Of a DNA stretch of 64,000 nucleotides, positions 58,375 through 64,000 are shown one piece after another. Position 1 is the first letter of the stretch; every line of letters starts with the position of its first letter. The stretch is taken from contig NZ_JAUSCH010000084.1 in assembly GCF_030651595.1 (NCBI RefSeq), positions 1,338 to 65,337 of the forward strand, read 5' to 3'. Source of the stretch: Candidatus Oleimmundimicrobium sp. (lineage in GTDB: Bacteria; Actinomycetota; Aquicultoria; UBA3085; Oleimmundimicrobiaceae). A program made the translations under genes and the position numbers. Under the pieces are notes generated by a model. That model was not told where the DNA came from, searched no databases, and was given only the letters and a program-made list of their open reading frames with translations.

Positions 58375-59133
58375 ATGAAGATAGCAGTTACAGGTAAGGG
58401 CGGTGTTGGAAAGACAACCATCGCTGGAGCGCTTGCCAGATTGTATAATGATAAAGGTTATAAAGTTTTGGCGGTTGACGCTGATCCGGATGCTAATTTG
58501 GCCTCGGCTATTATTGGGGCGTCAAGATTACGGGAAAAAATTGTACCCATATCATATATGAAAAAACTGATTGAGGAACGTACGGGAGCAAAACTAGGCA
58601 CCATGGGAAGTTTTTTTAAGATAAATCCAAAAGTTGATGATATTCCTGAAAAGGTAGGGGTGAAGTTTTTAGGCATAAGGCTTCTGGTTTTAGGTGGAGT
58701 AGAAAAAGGGGGAAGCGGTTGCATCTGCCCCGAAAGTGCACTTTTGCGGAGTTTAATGAGAAATTTGCTTTTTGAGCGAGATGAAGTGGTTGTCATGGAT
58801 ATGGAAGCGGGTATTGAACACTTAGGAAGAGGAACTGCCGAATCGGTGGATGCTTTTATCGTTGTAGTCGAACCCGGCCTTCGCAGCATAGAGACCGCGA
58901 AGTCGATAAGAAGTCTTGCCAAAGACATAGGCATCAAAAAAGTTTTTCTGGTGGTAAACAAGGTTAGAGATGGTGAGAAGAAGCGTATAGAAGAAAAAAT
59001 AAAAAAAGAAATTCCCGATGTACCTATAGTGGGGTGGCTAAGCGAGAACAGCAAAGTTCGTCTTGCTGATATTGAGGGAAAATCGGCTTACGACCTCGAT
59101 AAGTTATTTGTAAAAGAGATTGATTCTCTTTGA
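58375..59133 (+). CDS. cooC: Second CooC/AcsF-family Ni-insertion ATPase
   Basis: P-loop VTGKGGVGKTT. MinD/CooC family. Only about 30% identical to the 36749 copy. Confidence 0.8.
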   Translation: MKIAVTGKGGVGKTTIAGALARLYNDKGYKVLAVDADPDANLASAIIGASRLREKIVPISYMKKLIEERTGAKLGTMGSFFKINPKVDDIPEKVGVKFLGIRLLVLGGVEKGGSGCICPESALLRSLMRNLLFERDEVVVMDMEAGIEHLGRGTAESVDAFIVVVEPGLRSIETAKSIRSLAKDIGIKKVFLVVNKVRDGEKKRIEEKIKKEIPDVPIVGWLSENSKVRLADIEGKSAYDLDKLFVKEIDSL

Positions 59134-59194
59134 GAAGAAGTTGAAGAGGCCATGGGCCGGAAGATATAAATTATTTTTAAGAAGGAGGATTTAG

Positions 59195-59710
59195 ATGGCA
59201 TGTCAGTGTAAGTGCGGGAAGTCGAGTGGTGAAAAACTCAATCTCTCTGAAATTTCTGATATTATTGAAAGATATAAAGATTATCCCGGGGCAACTATCC
59301 CGTTACTTCAAGAGATTCAGAAAAGGTTCGGTTATCTTTCTGAAGATGTTTTAGACTATGTTTCTGAGGCCACGGGGATTCAGTTGAGTCAGCTTTACGG
59401 CGTAGCCACTTTCTACCCGCAGTTTTCTCTTATTCCGGTGGGGAAGAACGTGATTTCAGTATGTCAAGGGACAGCTTGTCACGTGAGCGGGGCGAAGAAA
59501 ATAACAGAAGCATTGGCCGATGAATTGGGTATTGAAGAAGGCGAGACCACTCATGATCGGCAGTTTACTTTGAGATCAGTTGCCTGTTTGGGAGCTTGTA
59601 GTCTTGCTCCCGTTATGAGAATGAATGATGAAACCTACGGACGGCTAACGCCCAAAATGGTTCGAGAAATAATACGCAACATAAAAACTAAAAATAAGTC
59701 GATTAATTAA
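59195..59710 (+). CDS. NuoE/HndA-like [2Fe-2S] subunit (second copy)
   Basis: CQGTACHVSG...C motifs. Confidence 0.85.
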   Translation: MACQCKCGKSSGEKLNLSEISDIIERYKDYPGATIPLLQEIQKRFGYLSEDVLDYVSEATGIQLSQLYGVATFYPQFSLIPVGKNVISVCQGTACHVSGAKKITEALADELGIEEGETTHDRQFTLRSVACLGACSLAPVMRMNDETYGRLTPKMVREIIRNIKTKNKSIN

Positions 59711-59725
59711 AAACAGGAGGTTTAG

Positions 59726-60505
59726 ATGTTAATAATTGGAGAAAAAATTAATGTTATGTCAATGACTATAGGCCCTGCCATGAAAAATCGAGATCCCAAG
59801 CCAATTCAAGATTTAGCGGTTGCTCAAGTTGAAGCTGGCGCTAATGTTTTAGACATAAACATTGGACCAGCACGTAAGAACGGTGCGGAAATAATGGAAT
59901 GGGTTGTGAAGACCGTTCAGGATGCGGTCGATGTAATGCTTTGTTTGGATACTACCAACGCGGAAGCGATGGAAGCAGGGTTGAAGGTTTGTAAGAAACA
60001 GCCAATTATAAATTCTGCTTCCGGGGAGCCCAATAGGCTTGAAACAATGATGAGTTTGGCTGCAAAGTATGAGGCTAACGTAATTGGATTAACTATGACT
60101 GAGACGGGCATTCCGCGAGACGCAAATGAAAGATTAGCAATAGCCGTTGATATTATGACGAAAATGGCTGAAAAAGGAGTCCCAATGGAGAATCTTTACC
60201 TGGACCCATTGATTCTTCCGGTTGCTGTTGCTCAAGAGCAAGCTCAGGAAGCAATTGAAGCGATAAAGATGTTTAGGCAGTTAAATGACCCTCCGATTAA
60301 AACGGTTGTCGGATTAAGCAATATTTCGAATGGAGCACCTGCTGAAACTAAGCCGCTTTTGGATAGAACATATCTTACCATGCTTGCAACTGTTGGACTG
60401 GATGCGGCAATTGCCGATCCTTTTGATAAGGAATTAATGGATGCAGTTAAAACAGTGAGGATATTAAGAAATGAAGTTCTTTACTGTCACTCTTATCTGG
60501 ATTAG
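59726..60505 (+). CDS. acsE: Methyl-THF:corrinoid iron-sulfur protein methyltransferase (pterin-binding, DHPS-like)
   Basis: 259 aa pterin-binding barrel (LIIGEKINVMS..., DINIGPA...). AcsE/MtrH family. Confidence 0.75.
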   Translation: MLIIGEKINVMSMTIGPAMKNRDPKPIQDLAVAQVEAGANVLDINIGPARKNGAEIMEWVVKTVQDAVDVMLCLDTTNAEAMEAGLKVCKKQPIINSASGEPNRLETMMSLAAKYEANVIGLTMTETGIPRDANERLAIAVDIMTKMAEKGVPMENLYLDPLILPVAVAQEQAQEAIEAIKMFRQLNDPPIKTVVGLSNISNGAPAETKPLLDRTYLTMLATVGLDAAIADPFDKELMDAVKTVRILRNEVLYCHSYLD

Positions 60506-62311
60506 GTGAAATTTATGGCTAAAGGAAAACAAACCAAGGTTTTTATATGCACGGGGACGGGCTGTGTTTTAAGCGGTTCTGAAAAAGTAAAAACTGCTTT
60601 TAAGAACGAGCTTAAGAAACGAAAAATTTTGGAAATTGATATTGTTCAGACCGGTTGTCATGGTTTTTGTCAACAGGGCCCAATCGTTGTTATCCAGCCT
60701 ACGGGGGTTTTTTATCCGAGAGTATCTGTGGAAAATGTTCCTCGCATCGTCGAAGAGCATTTGGTTGGGGGCAAAGTTGTTGAGGACTTGCTTTATGAAG
60801 ATTCATTGACGAACAAAAAAATTCCTCTTTATAAGGATATAAATTTTTATAAAAAGCAAAACAGAATTGTTCTTCGGAACTGTGGCTTAATCGATCCCGA
60901 AAATGTAGATGATTATATTGAACATGGGGGTTATAAAGCTTTTAAAAAAGTTTTAAGCGAGATGGCTCCCGAAGATGTAGTCGAAGAAATTAAGGCTTCG
61001 GGCTTAAGGGGTCGCGGTGGAGCCGGGTTTCCCACCGGGCTTAAATGGGATTTTGCCCGAAAAGCCTCCGGTGATATAAAGTACATAATTTGTAATGCTG
61101 ATGAAGGGGATCCCGGAGCTTTTATGGACAGGAGTGTTTTGGAAGGCGATCCGCATAGCATTCTGGAAGGAATGATGATTGCTGGTTACGCTATCGGGGC
61201 TACTGAGGGATACATTTATGCTAGGGCTGAATATCCCTTAGCCGTTAAAAGATTAAGAATTGCCGTTGAGCAAGCCAGGAAGAAAGGTTTTTTGGGCAAG
61301 AATATTTTGGGCAGTTCTTTAAATTTCGAGATTAAGATAAAAGAAGGAGCCGGTGCTTTTGTTTGCGGGGAAGAGACAGCTCTTATGGCTTCAATTGAGG
61401 GCAAAAGGGGAATGCCCCGCATTCGTCCGCCTTTTCCGGCTCAATCCGGTCTTTGGGGGAAGCCCACCAACATCAATAACGTTGAAACACTTGCAAATAT
61501 TGCCTGGATAATAACAAATGGGGCCGACAAATTTGCGGCTATTGGAACAGGCAAGAGTAAAGGCACCAAGATTTTTGCAATTACAGGCAAAGTTAAGAAT
61601 GGCGGATTGGTTGAGGTTCCCATGGGGACAACTCTTAGAGATATAATATTCGACATTTGTGGCGGGATAAAGGAAGATAAGGAATTTAAAGCGGTTCAGA
61701 TAGGTGGCCCATCCGGCGGATGCCTTCCGGCTAAATTTCTCGATATATCAATAGATTACGAGTCTCTAACTGAGACAGGAGCTATTGTGGGTTCCGGCGG
61801 GATGGTTGTTATGGATGAGAGCTCCTGCATAGTGGATTTAGCGAAATACTTTTTGGCTTTTACTCAGAAAGAATCATGTGGGAAGTGTGTCCCTTGCCGT
61901 ATTGGAACGAAGCGAATGTTTGAGATGCTTCAACGGATGACCAGGGGGGAAAGTAGTGAGGAGGAAATTGTTCTCTTAGAACAGTTAGCTCAAGATGTTA
62001 AGGTTTCGTCGCTCTGTGGTTTGGGGCAAACAGCTCCCAATCCGGTGCTTACAATGCTTAAATATTTTCGCGAAGAGTTTGAGGAGCATGTTAAAGAAGG
62101 AAAATGTCGAGCAGGAGTGTGTTCCGAGCTTATTGCCTATGTTATTAAAGAGAATGTTTGTAAGGGTTGTGGTGTTTGTAAAAAACACTGTCCGGTGGGT
62201 GCTATAAGCGGGGAAAAGAAACATCCGCACGAAATAGATATCGAGAAGTGTGTAAAATGTGGCATTTGTATGCAACACTGCCCATTTGATGCAATATATA
62301 TTGCAAAGTAA
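60506..62311 (+). CDS. NuoF/HndC-like subunit (second copy) with an N-terminal 2Fe-2S domain and C-terminal 2x[4Fe-4S]
   Basis: GRGGAGFPTG; CGKCVPC; CKGCGVCKKHCP; CVKCGICMQHCP. The start may instead be ATG 60515 (MAKGKQ). Confidence 0.85.
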   Translation: MKFMAKGKQTKVFICTGTGCVLSGSEKVKTAFKNELKKRKILEIDIVQTGCHGFCQQGPIVVIQPTGVFYPRVSVENVPRIVEEHLVGGKVVEDLLYEDSLTNKKIPLYKDINFYKKQNRIVLRNCGLIDPENVDDYIEHGGYKAFKKVLSEMAPEDVVEEIKASGLRGRGGAGFPTGLKWDFARKASGDIKYIICNADEGDPGAFMDRSVLEGDPHSILEGMMIAGYAIGATEGYIYARAEYPLAVKRLRIAVEQARKKGFLGKNILGSSLNFEIKIKEGAGAFVCGEETALMASIEGKRGMPRIRPPFPAQSGLWGKPTNINNVETLANIAWIITNGADKFAAIGTGKSKGTKIFAITGKVKNGGLVEVPMGTTLRDIIFDICGGIKEDKEFKAVQIGGPSGGCLPAKFLDISIDYESLTETGAIVGSGGMVVMDESSCIVDLAKYFLAFTQKESCGKCVPCRIGTKRMFEMLQRMTRGESSEEEIVLLEQLAQDVKVSSLCGLGQTAPNPVLTMLKYFREEFEEHVKEGKCRAGVCSELIAYVIKENVCKGCGVCKKHCPVGAISGEKKHPHEIDIEKCVKCGICMQHCPFDAIYIAK

Positions 62312-62332
62312 GCTTTTTGAAAGGAGTTTCCC

Positions 62333-62761
62333 ATGATTGTTAAAGATATTATGACTAAGGGAGCTGCATCAATTTATCCGGATGCTACCGCTAAAGAAGC
62401 AGCAAACGTAATGAAGAAAAAGAAAGTAGGCTCGCTTTTGGTCGTCGATGACGAAGAACTTCTTGGGATAATTACCGACAGAATGATAGCAACTGAGGTT
62501 GTTGCCGTTGGTTTGGATATCAAGAAGACCAAAGTGAGAGATTTCATGCATGAGAGTGTTGTCTCAGTTTCTCCGGAAATGGAGGCGGCAAAGGCCGCTA
62601 AATTGCTTGAGGAGTTGGAGATAAGGTATTTGCCGGTAACGGTCAACGGAAAAGTTGTCGGGATGCTTTCTCTCTCTGATATAGCGAATTTTATCAGGGA
62701 TTTTATCAGCTGCATATTAATTGAGGTTGGAGCCCGAGTTACAAAAAGAAAAGAAGAGTAA
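62333..62761 (+). CDS. CBS domain pair protein
   Basis: 142 aa with two CBS motifs. Confidence 0.7.
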   Translation: MIVKDIMTKGAASIYPDATAKEAANVMKKKKVGSLLVVDDEELLGIITDRMIATEVVAVGLDIKKTKVRDFMHESVVSVSPEMEAAKAAKLLEELEIRYLPVTVNGKVVGMLSLSDIANFIRDFISCILIEVGARVTKRKEE

Positions 62762-62772
62762 ACGGAGGAAGT

Positions 62773-64000
62773 ATGCCTAAGATAAGTTTGACGATTAATG
62801 GCAAAAAAGTTGTGTCCGAATCGGGCCAAACTATACTTGAGGTTGCTAAGGAAAATGGCATAAGAATTCCTACTCTTTGCCATGATCCGAGACTTAAGCC
62901 CTATGGGGCTTGCCGGGTTTGTCTTGTCGAAGTCGAGGGGGCAAGAAATTTTTTGCCTGCTTGTGCAACTAAAGTTACAGATGGAATGGTTGTAAATACA
63001 GACACGATTCCGCTTTATGAAATAAGAAGAACCATAGTTGAGCTGCTTCTTTCTGATCATGAACTAAGTTGCATAACGTGTGAAAGCGCAGGCCAGTGTC
63101 AGCTTCAAGATTTGGCTTATGAGTTGGGGATAGAAGAGAATCGTTTTAAGGGAGAAAAACATGCTTATACCGTCGAGGATTATAATCCTTTAATTGAGAG
63201 GGATTTAAATAAATGCATCCTCTGTGGTCGTTGTGTTCGTATCTGTGAAGAGGTTCAACAGAATAAGATATATACCTTTGCGAATCGAGGATTCGATACC
63301 ATAGTTACAACTCCTTATGACAGGTCGCTTATTGAAACAAAATGCGAGCTTTGCGGACAGTGCGTATCTACGTGTCCAACAGGAGCCTTAACTGAGAAGA
63401 TGAGCAGGTATAAGGGGCGAATTTGGGAGATAGAAAAAGTAAAGACAATTTGCCCTTACTGTGGTTGCGGTTGTGAACTTGAGCTTCAGGTTAAAGATGG
63501 TGAAATAGTTCGTGTCTCAGCTGATGTCGAAAGCGGAGCGAATAAGGGAAATACTTGCGTAAAAGGCCGTTTTGGTTATGATTTTGTGAATCACTCTGAT
63601 AGACTCACCTCCCCTCTAATCCGAAAAGACGGGAAGCTGGTAGAAACATCTTGGGATGAGGTCATACGGACTGTTGCAAACAAATTTTCTGAGATTAAAA
63701 AGAAGCACGGCCCCGACGCAATTGCTGGTCTTTCCTCAGCAAAGTGTACCAATGAAGAAAATTATCTGATGCAGAAGTTTATGAGGGCGGTGATTGGCAC
63801 AAACAATATCGACCATTGTGCCCGGTTGTGACACGCTCCAACGGTGGCCGGTCTGGTCAAAGCATTTGGAAGCGGAGCGATGACAAATTCTATCGCCGAT
63901 ATACACGAAGCTGATGTAATTTTAGTTATCGGTTCAAATACTACGGAAAACCATCCGGTAATTGCTCTTGAGATGAAGAGGGCGGTATCTGATTTTGCCA
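62773..64000 (+). CDS. fdhA: Formate dehydrogenase catalytic subunit, selenocysteine-containing (UGA at 63832-63834), continuing past the window end
   Basis: 2Fe-2S, 4Fe-4S and CPYCGCGC motifs. [20 protein letters not shown] matches FdhF VDCCARV-U-HGPSVAGL. The frame stays open to the window end after the TGA. Confidence 0.85.

Overview
The window appears to come from an anaerobic bacterium that uses the Wood-Ljungdahl (WL) pathway. Family-level assignments were made by eye from conserved motifs in the ORF translations; no database searches were run.

Positions 1-14.6 kb: a partial Dam-family adenine methyltransferase lies at the 5' edge. The rest is a minus-strand locus that looks like a cobalt/corrinoid acquisition and chelation module. 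It encodes a fused ChlI-ChlD chelatase, an ABC-2 exporter pair, a CobN-like chelatase interrupted by one in-frame TAA, an ECF-type transporter (EcfT plus a duplicated EcfA), a large membrane lipoprotein and a PQQ-like beta-propeller lipoprotein.

Positions 14.9-26.6 kb: housekeeping genes. These are an MFS transporter, dnaX-ybaB-(475 bp repeat insertion)-recR, a four-subunit 2-oxoacid:ferredoxin oxidoreductase (porCDAB), lysC-asd, a CDF transporter, a LOG-like protein and a YbaK-like protein.

Positions 27.3-33.0 kb: a sensory-type [FeFe]-hydrogenase domain fused to a GGDEF diguanylate cyclase. It is followed by a NUDIX hydrolase, a two-gene short-chain chromate transporter and a LytS/LytTR two-component system.

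Positions 33.1-64.0 kb: an essentially complete WL supercluster. Its parts are:
- fhs, RACo, cooC, folD and acsD;
- a NuoE/NuoF/NuoG-like module whose Fdh-like subunit has lost its catalytic Sec/Cys and His;
- acsA, acsB and acsC;
- two hdrA-like genes, then mvhD, metV, metF, hdrC and hdrB;
- a core-MetE-like zinc methyltransferase;
- a second cooC;
- a second NuoE/NuoF pair with acsE embedded;
- a CBS protein and a selenocysteine (UGA) formate dehydrogenase that runs off the window end.

A family of degenerate tandem heptanucleotide repeats (roughly GCWGATR, GGATTAA, GARTATA) fills many intergenic regions just downstream of stop codons. Some of these regions share roughly 50-70 bp blocks that look homologous.
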